A stretch of 49,452 bases of DNA from a virus (IMGVR_UViG_3300011437_000004:1-49452), one strand, 5' to 3'; shown: positions 9,413-19,742, counted from the first letter of the stretch. The notes: generated from the sequence alone by a model not told the origin. Numbers and translations: made by a program.

Positions 9413-10939
9413 CTACAGAGTCTCCGCAACGCCCGTCAGCTTGATGCCCGGCAGCCACTTCGGCATGATCGAAGTATGAATCTGCGCATTGGCTTCCACA
9501 TAGTTAGCCTGGCGTCCCGAACTTGCCTTGGTCGGCTGGAAAATCCCGTGCGAATGGCGATTGCCAAACGGGAATTCCACCTCCATACCGAACGGCCCGT
9601 TGCTACCCGATCCGCGAGTCTTGGGCGGCTGCAATCGCTGGATGTTTCCATCCCGCATCTTCAGGAACCACACCCGTCCGCCCACCTGCGACGCAGCATT
9701 CATAGCGCTCAGGCTCGGCATCATGTCCGAAACAGTCCACTTCATGGGCTGCCCCGCGAACAGGAACGGCGTGCTTCCCGTCTCATAGCCACCGGCAATC
9801 ACAAACGTCTGGCCTGTACGGTCAAAGCGGCCAAGACCGTCTGAATTCTCTACATATGCATTCTGAGCGCCCACGCTGGACAGGATGGTTTCCGGCATAT
9901 TCTCCATACCGTACGCCTTGCGGTAGCGGCCCGCGAACTTGCTGAAAATCTGCTCGCTCAACACCGCACCGCCCAAGGCTTCTACGACAGATTGCAACTG
10001 TTGGAACCGATCCACATCAGCCCCAAACACAATGCCGGAGTTGGCCAGCCACATATCCGGCCCAATGAAACCACGACCCGCAGTTCCAGCCGCAGTTGAT
10101 GTTTCCTCTCGCAGGATAACATCACCCGATGTAATTGCAGCGGGAAGGGTCTGGTTTAGATCCTCGTTTGGAACAGACTGAACAACAATAGAACCGTAAC
10201 CAGCATCACTGGACAGCGGGATGTACCGCACACTCTTCACGATCAACCGCGAGGTGTGCCTCTTTGCGCCCAGGGTAACACCAGAAATAGGCGCAAAGAC
10301 TTCAATAAACATACCGGCATAATAGTTTCGCGGTGAACCAGACGACAGAATGATTGTTGCTTGGTCCTCTGTTCCGTTGTGGTTCTGGAAAGTAACAGCA
10401 CCAACCGTTCCAATGTCCTGGTGGATGCTAGTACTATAGAAGCAGTTCAGCTTAGCCAGCGCAATGTTCTGCGCAGCCCGCTTCTGAATCAGCGCAAAGA
10501 TGTCCGTGATGGTAGCGTCCAGTTCGCCCGCCGTGAAGTATTCAATCGGAACGCTGATGGTATCCAACATGCGCGCCAATGACACTTCGCGACGGAAGAA
10601 ACCCGGCAGCGGGCTCTGCTCCGCGCCCGGCCACTCCAGATACGGAGTGGTCTGGTTTGTCATAATGCTTTGCCCATCATTAGCCGCACCCTCAAAATCA
10701 TGGATGCCTGTGCCTAACGGGTTCACCCACTTGGTGGCGCCCGTCACGCCGGTCTCAAACACCATGATCTTCTTGAAGTCACGTCCGATGCCTTTGCTGA
10801 CGCCCTCGGACGTAGTAAAGATGTCCATCGCCGCCCCGTCCAGCTTGGGCAACGAATCAAAAACGGAATCGCCTAAGTCTTCCTCAATGATATCCCCCAG
10901 CGCGGCGACCATGCTGGTGGCGGTATCCATAAACGGCAT
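9413..10939 (-). CDS. Major capsid protein (probable)
   Basis: 508 aa, strong AGGAG RBS, follows portal and scaffold and precedes a terminator. Confidence 0.7.
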   Translation of the reverse strand: MPFMDTATSMVAALGDIIEEDLGDSVFDSLPKLDGAAMDIFTTSEGVSKGIGRDFKKIMVFETGVTGATKWVNPLGTGIHDFEGAANDGQSIMTNQTTPYLEWPGAEQSPLPGFFRREVSLARMLDTISVPIEYFTAGELDATITDIFALIQKRAAQNIALAKLNCFYSTSIHQDIGTVGAVTFQNHNGTEDQATIILSSGSPRNYYAGMFIEVFAPISGVTLGAKRHTSRLIVKSVRYIPLSSDAGYGSIVVQSVPNEDLNQTLPAAITSGDVILREETSTAAGTAGRGFIGPDMWLANSGIVFGADVDRFQQLQSVVEALGGAVLSEQIFSKFAGRYRKAYGMENMPETILSSVGAQNAYVENSDGLGRFDRTGQTFVIAGGYETGSTPFLFAGQPMKWTVSDMMPSLSAMNAASQVGGRVWFLKMRDGNIQRLQPPKTRGSGSNGPFGMEVEFPFGNRHSHGIFQPTKASSGRQANYVEANAQIHTSIMPKWLPGIKLTGVAETL

Positions 10940-10983
10940 TACTTATCTCCTAAAGCCCAAACGGCCTCGCGTTGCGAGCTTCT

Positions 10984-12003
10984 TTATTGGCCCTCGCGGG
11001 CCTTGAATGCCTTCGCAATTCGGCCTAAGAGCTTCTGCGTATAACCCGGGACATATACAGACTGTCCCTTTCCCTCTCTGTTCGGGTATCCACTCGCGAC
11101 GTCTTGAGCCTCACGGGACAGTCCCCGCAACCGTGCTGCCGGCTGGTCCCCGTTACGGGATGCAGTCGGGTAGCCTCCGGTCGACCCATCATCATCGCGG
11201 TCATCATTGCTTTCGCTTCGCTGCGTCTTCCCCACACCTATCTTACTGAGCACTTTTTTCAACTTCTCAATTCCCGCCGGCATTGCCCGCTCCATCGGCA
11301 TCCGCTCCGCGGCCTCACCAATCTGGTCATACGATAATCGCCGTATCAACCGCACAGCATCGGGATCGTCCGACACACTCTTAAGTATACCCGCAAGCAC
11401 CTCATCTGCGTCAACCACAGAGTCCACCCGTCGCTCGGCCCGTGACTTCTTCTGCGCTTCTTCTACCTCCTGGTCCCGCTTCAGCAACGACTTCAGCACC
11501 TCCTCGGTGCGCTCCAGCCGGGCCGCAAGTTCGCTGTTCCCATCATCCGCATAACGGTCTTCCAACTCGTCATCGTCGTCTTCGTCTTCAGGATCCACCT
11601 TACGGGCTGGCTTCTTGCTCACCGGCTTCTTGCTCGGCTGCCGACTTCGCCCGTTGTTGTCATTGGCAGGCCCAAAGATGGTTTCCAACTGGTCCTCAGT
11701 GGCTCCCGACATAGCCAGCCCCCGCCTCAGCTTATCCAAGTCCTGATCCCGCAATCCCTCGCTCAGCATCTTCTGCACCGCGATGCCCAACTCACCCGTT
11801 TTGGCAAGCTCACTGGCCTCGTGAAAGCGCTTTTCTGCGACCTCACCCTTCTGTGCCAGCGCCAAAACCTCGCTTATCTTTCGGTGCTCTGTTTTACCGT
11901 CCTTCTGGATCGGCACCCGGTGGTCTAAAAATTCCTTGGGCAGTAGATCCGACCCCGCGCCCGAACCACCATCACCAACCACACCAATACTGTCTGCGGG
12001 CAT
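10984..12003 (-). CDS. Capsid scaffolding protein (probable)
   Basis: 339 aa, highly charged and helical with acidic runs; between portal and capsid. Confidence 0.6.
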   Translation of the reverse strand: MPADSIGVVGDGGSGAGSDLLPKEFLDHRVPIQKDGKTEHRKISEVLALAQKGEVAEKRFHEASELAKTGELGIAVQKMLSEGLRDQDLDKLRRGLAMSGATEDQLETIFGPANDNNGRSRQPSKKPVSKKPARKVDPEDEDDDDELEDRYADDGNSELAARLERTEEVLKSLLKRDQEVEEAQKKSRAERRVDSVVDADEVLAGILKSVSDDPDAVRLIRRLSYDQIGEAAERMPMERAMPAGIEKLKKVLSKIGVGKTQRSESNDDRDDDGSTGGYPTASRNGDQPAARLRGLSREAQDVASGYPNREGKGQSVYVPGYTQKLLGRIAKAFKAREGQ

Positions 12004-12017
12004 AATACGCTCCTATA

Positions 12018-14102
12018 TTATCTACGACCGCCCAGCCCCATGCCGTTCGGCCCCTGTTGTCCATTCTGTCCAGCCATCGCACCCATCATTTCGAGTGACG
12101 GCGCCTGCCTTGGCAACTGCATCCCCGCCATCATCCGCAGCTCCTCAATACGGAACTGGAACCCCGCACGCACCTTCTTGCTCGCCATCCTGAACTCTGT
12201 ACCGCTCACAAACTCTTTCACTGCAAACAACTGCACAAACACATCGTCCACCAGCTTATCCACAATAGGCGTCTGCTCCGTATTCTCCGTCAAGTACGGT
12301 TCATTCCCGTCCCCAAACATCAGCAAGTTAAGTAGTGACCCCTTTACATAGTTTTCCCACTTGTCCACCTGTCCCAGCGGCAGCCCCCAACCCCTCTGAT
12401 AATTAAGTATAACAAGCTCAAGGTCGGACAGCTTCCCAAGTTGATTAAGCTGAAGCGCTTCCCCCCGCTCCCGCTCCCTCTGCGATGGGTCCTTCGACCC
12501 AATATGCAGCTCAATCGCCCACGGGTCCGGTATCTTGCCCAGGCTCAGCCGCATCTGTCCCGTCGTCGCATCCAACTCCACGCCCGCAATACTGTTCCGC
12601 ACACGGGCCAGATCGATCGACACCGTGCCCGTACCCTTGTTCTGCATCCGCTCCCGTATCTGGAATAACACACTGCGAAACACCGTCACATATGATGCCT
12701 CTAAGCCCTCTGCTGTGGACACCAAATGTGTGGCCCCAATATTCTGTAGAGTTTGTATCCCCGACCCACTGTCAAAACGACCCGGCGGCATACCCGCATA
12801 CAGCGGCCCCTGCGCCGCGGACCGATCCAGCACCCCTACCCCAAACTGAAACAGCTTCGCCGGCACGTCCGTGGGCTGCCCCGGCTGGAACGTCTCCACC
12901 CCCAATTTTTCCGCCGCATAGTCCGGCTCATAGAACATGTACTTGGGCCAGCCCGTGTTCTCCATAGACTCTCGTGTGATACCCAGCGTGTTCGGGATCA
13001 TCACAAACGCAAAACGGTCCATATCACCCGCGTGCTCAACCAGTTTTTCCAAAAAGCGCTCAAGCTCCAGCGCCATGGGCATCAGCCGCCCCACGAACCC
13101 TCGCCCATAAAAGCTGCCCGTATCCTGATACCGTGACACGCCGATCGGCATCGGCACCCTGATGCCTTTGCCCCAGAAATCCACATCCTGCACTATGACC
13201 TTGCCAACCAATGCAACATATCGGGATACAGTGTTGTCCTCCCCAACCTCAAACACCTCTTTGAGCCGATAGAAGTCATCAACACCCGTCTGCGCATTCT
13301 GCGTTCGAGCTTTCTCTAAGTCCCGAGGCGTCCCACCCTTCGGCGCCATGTCCCCGCTGCGATCAAACAAGTCCCCAAACACCAAATCACCGTCGCCCAG
13401 GCCCCACAACCCATTCGCATCAACACCCTTCCGCACCTTCACGGGCTCCAAGTCCGCCTCTGCCGTATCGGACGGCACCTTGAACCCCGCCCTACTATGC
13501 AAATAGCTACGCCGTATCAGCCTTACCCTCGCCAACGCATCTGTGTCATTGTGGCAAACGGTCTTGGCCGGAACTCCCATCAACTGCCACGGTGGTATCA
13601 ACTCCCTCCGCACCCTCAGCAAGTCTTCCTCTCGCTCGCTGTCCAGCCCCCACGCCGCCTGCCCATACGTCCCATACTGTACCAACCCTCCCATCAACCG
13701 CGCCTTGAACAATGACTCCTGATCCGCACTCATCGCATAGTCCAACACGGCCTGTCCCGTACTCCCACTGCGCAAACTCTCCAAACTGTTTGCACGCTTC
13801 TTGGCAACGGGGCTTGTATCCAACGCCGCCAGCCGACCCTCCTCCGTCATGGTCTTAGTAAGAACTTCTTCCCACCGCAGCCGCAGATTGCCCTCGTCGT
13901 CCTCCCATCCCGGCTCCACCTCTACCTTGCCGCTATTCCAATCCGCAATCACCCCCCGTTCACCCGCGAGGTACGCCGACACATAACACCAACCCACAAC
14001 CTCCACATTGCGCTGATGCAGCGCGGGCCGCAGCATCTCCCGCACGGCCACCGCCAAATCATCCCGCTTATTCGGTAAATCCAGTCGTCCGATGCTTGCC
14101 AT
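12018..14102 (-). CDS. Portal protein
   Basis: 694 aa; GSFYGRGFVGRLMPM segment and Gln/Gly/Met C-terminal tail typical of podovirus portals; downstream of terminase. Confidence 0.75.
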   Translation of the reverse strand: MASIGRLDLPNKRDDLAVAVREMLRPALHQRNVEVVGWCYVSAYLAGERGVIADWNSGKVEVEPGWEDDEGNLRLRWEEVLTKTMTEEGRLAALDTSPVAKKRANSLESLRSGSTGQAVLDYAMSADQESLFKARLMGGLVQYGTYGQAAWGLDSEREEDLLRVRRELIPPWQLMGVPAKTVCHNDTDALARVRLIRRSYLHSRAGFKVPSDTAEADLEPVKVRKGVDANGLWGLGDGDLVFGDLFDRSGDMAPKGGTPRDLEKARTQNAQTGVDDFYRLKEVFEVGEDNTVSRYVALVGKVIVQDVDFWGKGIRVPMPIGVSRYQDTGSFYGRGFVGRLMPMALELERFLEKLVEHAGDMDRFAFVMIPNTLGITRESMENTGWPKYMFYEPDYAAEKLGVETFQPGQPTDVPAKLFQFGVGVLDRSAAQGPLYAGMPPGRFDSGSGIQTLQNIGATHLVSTAEGLEASYVTVFRSVLFQIRERMQNKGTGTVSIDLARVRNSIAGVELDATTGQMRLSLGKIPDPWAIELHIGSKDPSQRERERGEALQLNQLGKLSDLELVILNYQRGWGLPLGQVDKWENYVKGSLLNLLMFGDGNEPYLTENTEQTPIVDKLVDDVFVQLFAVKEFVSGTEFRMASKKVRAGFQFRIEELRMMAGMQLPRQAPSLEMMGAMAGQNGQQGPNGMGLGGRR

Positions 14103-14107
14103 ATGTG

Positions 14108-14171
14108 TCTTTCTTGGACCGCGCTACTTCTGCCTCAACGCGCGCTTGTCGGCTTAACCGAATCCGGCCCT
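14108..14171 (+). repeat. Dispersed repeat, copy A (fills the gap upstream of the portal gene)
   Basis: 14127-14171 is the exact reverse complement of 29166-29210 (45/45) and is similar to 28871-28935 and 41066-41111. Confidence 0.9.
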
Positions 14172-14427
14172 AGTCCCGTACCGTATCATCTTCCCATCCA
14201 TCAAGCACACAGGACCCGCGGAAGCCGCAGCTATCTCCTGGGCAATCAACGATGGGCAAAACACGCCCCTGCTTTCTAACTTCATGCTTGCTAAAAACGG
14301 ATCCCATCAGGCACACTTCCATACCACACTCTGGGCAGGTCATCGCCACGCGTTTCTGGCGCTTCGCTGTTTCGTACTTTCGCCAGTGTGTTCTCGAAAC
14401 TATGTACAGACAGACACTCCTGTTCAT
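14170..14427 (-). CDS. Small Zn-ribbon-like protein
   Basis: 85 aa with CPEC...CPGDSC cysteine pairs. Confidence 0.6.
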   Translation of the reverse strand: MNRSVCLYIVSRTHWRKYETAKRQKRVAMTCPECGMEVCLMGSVFSKHEVRKQGRVLPIVDCPGDSCGFRGSCVLDGWEDDTVRD

Positions 14428-14430
14428 TTT

Positions 14431-14799
14431 TTATGCCCCGTTTTGATTGCGGGGGTAGCCGCCTGCGCTGCTCTCTTTGATCTCTCGCTCAAAGTCCGCC
14501 ATTGAGATATCAGTAAAGAATTCTGTGTTCATCTGTGTTCTTGGTCTTTCTGCTCTCGCTTTGCGAAGCTGGCGCATGCGTTCTGCGACAAAACTCTGGG
14601 ACGCTTCAGCCCGTTCTTGTTGCTGCGAGGCCGCGGCCCGTTTCCAGCCGGCCATCGGCTGCTGGACCGTGCTGCCACTCTTGACCGTCATCCACAGCCC
14701 CAGCATCGCGCCGGCCACTACGCCAAACACCACGGCCAGCGATACCAGACCCGCACACACGATAACTACTTCGCCACTCACAAGGACCGTCCTTTCCAA
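14431..14799 (-). CDS. Membrane-anchored hypothetical protein
   Basis: 122 aa with a long N-terminal hydrophobic helix; start uncertain. Confidence 0.6.
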   Translation of the reverse strand: MERTVLVSGEVVIVCAGLVSLAVVFGVVAGAMLGLWMTVKSGSTVQQPMAGWKRAAASQQQERAEASQSFVAERMRQLRKARAERPRTQMNTEFFTDISMADFEREIKESSAGGYPRNQNGA

Positions 14800-16733
14800 C
14801 TGAGCCGGGACCGTTTGGGTCTTTGCGGTTTGACGGCACGGCCACGGCTGCGGGCATTCATTTCCGTCAACTTACTGATTGCGGCAGCGCTGACTCTACG
14901 GGGGTCCAAACACTGTACATATGAGATGCCCGTTTTGGGATCTCGCATTGTGCCCGCCGCTACGTGCTGGTCCGCTGTCTTTTCTTCCTCTGATCTGTCC
15001 TTCTGCCACTTCTTGGCGCCATGCACTGCGAACGGCACCATAGCCAGTGCGTCGATGGCGTCATCATTCTTCAGCAGCGACAGATCCATTGTGAACCCTT
15101 CAATCTGTTCGTGGAGCGTAGTCATAAACGGGTCGTTGTTCCAGTGCTCCGGCATCTTGATGGCATCCTGGTTGAACCTCCACTCCAGCCGTGATATGCG
15201 ATTGGGCTTTGCGTTGTCCCCTCGGCCACCAAAATCACCTTGGTAATGGACGGGCAGCACACGGGGCGTCCAGTCCAGACCGGATGCCTCTACATTCTGG
15301 CCAAACTCTGTTGCAATGCTGTCGGCTAGCTTCTTTTGAGAGGATATAGCTTCGACGCCCACCACCTTCGCGCGCCAGCGACGGCCCAGCAGCCACACCC
15401 ACGATATGAATAACGGGTCGGGCACGCGGCCAATGCGACCGTCCAGTATCCACCACACGTCACGGAACTGTGGATTCCGTTCGATACCCACCACGATGAC
15501 TGCGGCCCAGTCCGATTGGATTGACGGCTTGCGAATGGGGTCCGCCGTGATGATGCGGTACATGCCCGATACGGCGGGGCCAAACATGCGATCGACCACC
15601 TCAACCGTGCCGTTTCGTCGGACGTGCGTGCGCAATACGGCGCGGCTGTCCAACGGGCTTTTCATCGCGTCCTTGATGCCTTCATACGAATTAGCGGGCG
15701 TGATGATCTCGTAGTAGCCCAGCTTGGGACGCAACGGCAACAGACGTTCATCTTCGGCGCCGGGTGCGTTCATGATGTTGGCGGCGAACGAGGCGGGGCC
15801 ATATTCATCTTTTAGCTGTGCCAGTCGGATGTCATCCCACTTGTCTTTCCATAGGTAGCGATAGTTACCAGGGGTTCCGTCACGGGCCGCACGGACCACG
15901 CGGTTAAAATACTTAACGGTGGGGTCTACGTGCGGGGCGACGGTGGCCAAGTGGTAAGCGTACAGTTTACGGGAGTACAGAGTTGTAGTTATGGTAATAG
16001 ATGCGCCTTCTTCGAGCATTGGGAATATATGGTGCTTGCAGGTGTCTTGGAACTGTTGGGATAACACAGTTGGGGAAATGCGCATTTTGGCGTCAAACTC
16101 GGCGTCGTCAGTAAAGATGTAACGGGGTCGCATGCCGGGCAGCTTGGACATGATGGAACGTCCCACGACGCCCACGCCGTTCGCGAGGCGGATGCGGGTG
16201 GTGGACCATGCGCCACGGCCACGGATGGGACGGAGGTGACCGAAGTCCTCCAGCAGCATTTCGTTTTCTTCCAACTGGCGTTTGATGCGGTCAAACGTTT
16301 CTGTGACGAAGTCCTCCATTGACTTAAGCAATAGGATCTTAAAGTTAGGACGGGTCAGGGAAAGTAACAGTATCATTTCATCAATGAGCGTGCTTTTTGC
16401 GAAGCCGCGAGGGAAGCATTGCACGTTGCGTGGGTATAGAGCGCAGTCGTAAATGTAACGGTAGTGGGCGGGCGGGCTGGTCTTACGGTCACCGGAGTAC
16501 CACGTATTTTGCGGCAGCGGCTCCAGGTATAGAGATCGTAGCGCGGTCCATGCGTATACGAAGTCTTCGGCGGTCTCTTGCAGGCATAAAGCGTTGACGC
16601 GGGCGGCGGACTGGCCCACATCCGTTAACTCTTCATAGTCGGGCGGCAGCGGGTAGCACGGGCTGGCCCTGTGCCGTACGGCCTTGCGCCAGTCGGCATT
16701 TTGATTCCACGTGTCACTAGACTGGATCAACAT
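14778..16733 (-). CDS. terL: Terminase large subunit
   Basis: 651 aa; Walker A-like PRGFAKST, Walker B YIFTDDAE, nuclease acidic motifs ITADP and NDDAIDAL. Confidence 0.85.
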   Translation of the reverse strand: MLIQSSDTWNQNADWRKAVRHRASPCYPLPPDYEELTDVGQSAARVNALCLQETAEDFVYAWTALRSLYLEPLPQNTWYSGDRKTSPPAHYRYIYDCALYPRNVQCFPRGFAKSTLIDEMILLLSLTRPNFKILLLKSMEDFVTETFDRIKRQLEENEMLLEDFGHLRPIRGRGAWSTTRIRLANGVGVVGRSIMSKLPGMRPRYIFTDDAEFDAKMRISPTVLSQQFQDTCKHHIFPMLEEGASITITTTLYSRKLYAYHLATVAPHVDPTVKYFNRVVRAARDGTPGNYRYLWKDKWDDIRLAQLKDEYGPASFAANIMNAPGAEDERLLPLRPKLGYYEIITPANSYEGIKDAMKSPLDSRAVLRTHVRRNGTVEVVDRMFGPAVSGMYRIITADPIRKPSIQSDWAAVIVVGIERNPQFRDVWWILDGRIGRVPDPLFISWVWLLGRRWRAKVVGVEAISSQKKLADSIATEFGQNVEASGLDWTPRVLPVHYQGDFGGRGDNAKPNRISRLEWRFNQDAIKMPEHWNNDPFMTTLHEQIEGFTMDLSLLKNDDAIDALAMVPFAVHGAKKWQKDRSEEEKTADQHVAAGTMRDPKTGISYVQCLDPRRVSAAAISKLTEMNARSRGRAVKPQRPKRSRLSWKGRSL

Positions 16734-16735
16734 AA

Positions 16736-17476
16736 TTAGAACGACTGGCGGGGCATGGAGTCATCGTAACTAGCAATGATCTGCATGGCGACGCCCACCG
16801 CGATGGTGCCCGTCACAGCACGAAGTAGCTTTTCGACGCCATAGCCGCCGGCGGACGCTTTGTGGAGGGCGCGGGCCGCTTTGTGGGCTTCGGGCTCACC
16901 GGAACGCATGGCTTCTGCGACGGCTGTGAGGATGCGGGCTTGGACGGGCGGGGGTATGTTGACCAGGCGGACGCCCATAGCGGCGAACACGGCGGCGAGC
17001 ATGTTGCGCTGGAAGACGGGGTTGTGCATTCGGGCCACGAGGGCGGGTGCGAAAAACGGCGCGACGACGGCATCGCCCAGACCCAGACCGCTTTCGTTCA
17101 CGACGGGGTCGTCGGCCAGGCCGTTATCAGCAATCTGCACGGTGGGGGCCCCTAGTATGGACGCGGCGAATTCGGCGTCAGTAAGTGGGTCGGTCACCGA
17201 TGGCGCCGAAGCGGCAGAGACCGCCGCCGCGGGGAATTCGGACGGGCGGTACGTGGCCACTGTCAGCGGGGGGGCTGACGGGTCCAGCGGGTTCGGTACT
17301 GACACTTTCGGCAATGACGGGTTCGGGTCCTTCCCTGGGGGCCACTGAAACGGGGTCACTGCCCCCATCGGGTCCTCCCCCTCCACTGGGGCCACTACTG
17401 CGTCCGCCTTCCATTCCAGCTTGTGTTTCACGGCGTTCGGGAGGTCCGTTATTGGGGGCGTTTTCTGTTTGCTCAT
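16736..17476 (-). CDS. Pro-rich hypothetical protein
   Basis: Likely start MSKQKTPP at 17476 (GGAG upstream); stop abuts the terL start. Confidence 0.6.
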   Translation of the reverse strand: MSKQKTPPITDLPNAVKHKLEWKADAVVAPVEGEDPMGAVTPFQWPPGKDPNPSLPKVSVPNPLDPSAPPLTVATYRPSEFPAAAVSAASAPSVTDPLTDAEFAASILGAPTVQIADNGLADDPVVNESGLGLGDAVVAPFFAPALVARMHNPVFQRNMLAAVFAAMGVRLVNIPPPVQARILTAVAEAMRSGEPEAHKAARALHKASAGGYGVEKLLRAVTGTIAVGVAMQIIASYDDSMPRQSF

Positions 17477-18098
17477 TGTGATTGTCTGCTCCGAATGAGA
17501 GTCGCAGCTTGGCGGCTGCGCTCGAGGCACGGCCTCGCATATCGTCGGACCGTCCAACGCTGCGGGACTCAAACTCTATGGAGCCGTTGCCAACGGTGGT
17601 ACGGCCCCTGAAACGCTGATCTTGGACCATGCCGCTGAGACGGAGCGCACGCTGTACACGTTCGTCCAGCAGCTTGATTGCGGCCAGGGCAACTTTGGGG
17701 TCGCCGATGGAACGGGCATAGGTGGCCAGGATCTCCAGCTCTTCATGCGGTGACCAGTTCAGACTGCCCAGGGTGCGGGAGAATTCCAGCGGGTCGGCGA
17801 ATGCGCTTAGGGGGCGTAGGGCCAGATCGGTTTCGTCAGCAGCGGATAACGGGCTAGGCGTGGTCGGTGGGGTTAAAGGGAACTCTTGGGCTGCCATCTC
17901 CATCATTAATGATGGGCTGAATACGGTCAGAGGGTCTTGTGGGGTGGCTGGCGGTTCGGACGGCGGCTCGCATGGCGCCGTTGACGAGGCGGGTTCCGAC
18001 TCTGCGTAGGAGGGTATGGATACGGGCTCGGTGTTCGGTGGAGTACACAACATTAACGGTCTGAATGACTGCGAGTGTGGATTCAGCACTGAGTTCAT
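17178..18098 (-). CDS. Candidate terminase small subunit (true start possibly 17906 or 17897)
   Basis: Helical core GDPKVALAAIKLLDERV resembles TerS oligomerisation helices; upstream of terL; its C-terminal tail overlaps the next gene. Confidence 0.4.
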   Translation of the reverse strand: MNSVLNPHSQSFRPLMLCTPPNTEPVSIPSYAESEPASSTAPCEPPSEPPATPQDPLTVFSPSLMMEMAAQEFPLTPPTTPSPLSAADETDLALRPLSAFADPLEFSRTLGSLNWSPHEELEILATYARSIGDPKVALAAIKLLDERVQRALRLSGMVQDQRFRGRTTVGNGSIEFESRSVGRSDDMRGRASSAAAKLRLSFGADNHNEQTENAPNNGPPERRETQAGMEGGRSSGPSGGGGPDGGSDPVSVAPREGPEPVIAESVSTEPAGPVSPPADSGHVPPVRIPRGGGLCRFGAIGDRPTY

Positions 18099-18357
18099 GG
18101 AAAGCGTCCTCGGGCATCATACCTCGCCATAGTGAATACTCAAATGCGGCCAACAGCACGACCCAACGGTGAGCGTGGTCGCGTGGTGGGGGAGTCTCGT
18201 CGTTCTGTACAGTGTGGGGTGGCTCGGTGCACAGGATTGGGCAACGGAGCATGCGGAGGATGGCAACGGTGGAGGGCACGGACGGCGGCTCGGGGAACAG
18301 TTGCGCCAGTTGTAGAACGGTCACGACGGACGATGCGGGCGTGGATGCAAGAGCCAT
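17854..18357 (-). CDS. Hypothetical protein
   Basis: 167-aa ORF in the late-arm orientation. Confidence 0.55.
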   Translation of the reverse strand: MALASTPASSVVTVLQLAQLFPEPPSVPSTVAILRMLRCPILCTEPPHTVQNDETPPPRDHAHRWVVLLAAFEYSLWRGMMPEDAFHELSAESTLAVIQTVNVVYSTEHRARIHTLLRRVGTRLVNGAMRAAVRTASHPTRPSDRIQPIINDGDGSPRVPFNPTDHA

Positions 18358-18369
18358 AACGGTCGAGTC

Positions 18370-18648
18370 TCACGTGTCTAAGTTCTCGGACGGGTTACAG
18401 TCGTTGTCGGGGGCGTCCAAGCTTTCAATACAGTGGTGCTGAGCGTAAACGGCCAGCCCCAGCACGCTAGTCAAAGGTCCGTGGGAATAGATGGAATACA
18501 GCCAGCCGTCGCCCTTCTTTTCTGGTTGGCTGAATGCTAGCAAGACGGGGGAGAACCGTTTTTTGAGTTCATCCCACAGTTCTTCGGTGGGGGTGGACGA
18601 GAGGTCGATGGCTGGAAGGGGCGCGAGGTCGTCGGGATCCAGGGGCAT
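18370..18648 (-). CDS. Hypothetical protein
   Basis: Likely start MPLDPDD; DLSSTPTEELWDELKKR-type motif is common in small phage proteins. Confidence 0.6.
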   Translation of the reverse strand: MPLDPDDLAPLPAIDLSSTPTEELWDELKKRFSPVLLAFSQPEKKGDGWLYSIYSHGPLTSVLGLAVYAQHHCIESLDAPDNDCNPSENLDT

Positions 18649-18834
18649 GGCGGGTTTCCGGCGCTGATTGGGGGGCGGTAGGAAAGGGGTAGATTCCACC
18701 CGACTCCCCCTGTGAATCAGCAAGAGCTATTGTGACAGCGGAAACGGGCACGTCAAGGACTAAAAACGGGTCGAAGTGGCTGTAAATGGACGCTGCATTG
18801 AAGGGAGAGCGGACGCGGAATCGTGCCAACCTTG

Positions 18835-19212
18835 TGTCACCATTTTTGGAATGGCGCAGGGGGGTACCATAAACGGTTACGAGGTAAGTACTTAACGGAG
18901 GGGGGGGAGGGGGGGGATAAGCGGCAGGATGTCGCAGTGGGTGAACGCAGGTTGCCAGGGCCAGCTATATTAACGGCAAAACGGTAAGTGGAGGGGTTTA
19001 GGTTTTCGTACAGCGGAACTGTCGTATGTATCGATGTATGCTTAATATATAGTAGATAAGTACGTATTTTAATTTATATATATACAGTAGTGGTAAAACG
19101 GTGTAGCTAAAACGGGCGGGGTAGGACTGTCCCCCCCCTCCCCCCCCCTTGCTAAGTGGTTGCAGTAAAACGGGTTATGGGAGGACCCTGCGCAAATCCA
19201 AAAATGGTGACA
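18835..19212. repeat. Large imperfect inverted repeat around an AT-rich core (candidate origin, terminus or packaging site)
   Basis: TGTCACCATTTTTGGA (18835-18850) vs TCCAAAAATGGTGACA (19197-19212); inner ends G8AG8 (18900-18916) vs C8TC9 (19131-19148); several AAACGG copies. Confidence 0.8.
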
Positions 19213-19665
19213 GGGTAAATGACACTAAGCGTACGTGTAATTTATGGGATGTGTGGAAACGGGATTTGTGGGAGGGAGGGTATCCCCCCGCGCTTAGCCG
19301 CCGCTCCTGGGGGCCGACGGGGGGTCCGCCGCCTCCCGCGCCCCCCCTCCCGCATCGACGCCGCCCCCCTCCCGCCGCGCGACGCTGGCAGAGCCCGTGT
19401 GCCACGCCCGTGCCGTTTGCGCCATGGCCGTTGCAGCGCGCGCGTTTGTGCCGACGTGGCCGTTTCGACAGCCACTATGCCCTATGCCCGAGCTGCTGCG
19501 TCCGAGCTGCTAGAGTCTACGCCGCGTAGAGTCTATGGCGGTGGCGGTGGCAACGGCAACGGAGATGGGGAAACGGTTAGTTGAACGACCGACCAAGTGC
19601 ACAACCTCAATCCCAAAAAAATCCATTTTTTCCAACAATTGCGCAAATTATTTAGCGCTTTTCTC

Positions 19666-19695
19666 TTGACACGCCCCTACGCAAGCCGATAGAGT
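19666..19695 (+). promoter_or_regulatory. Sigma70-type early promoter with -10 overlapped by TAGAGTCTA
   Basis: TTGACA-18 nt-TAGAGT; A/T tracts upstream; shares GCGCAAATTATTT and GCCGATA with the 22.4-kb promoter. Confidence 0.65.
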
Positions 19696-19742
19696 CTACA
19701 TCGTACCGTTCTCTAACACTCTCTAACACAAAGGAATTGACA

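Noticed and set aside
18729-18756. Minus-strand promoter TTGACG-16 nt-CACAAT for the terminase arm
   Set aside because: Plausible position, but the spacing and -10 match are too weak to call.
19149-19584. ORFs in the inter-arm region
   Set aside because: Low-complexity translations of GC tracts with no convincing RBS; likely non-coding.
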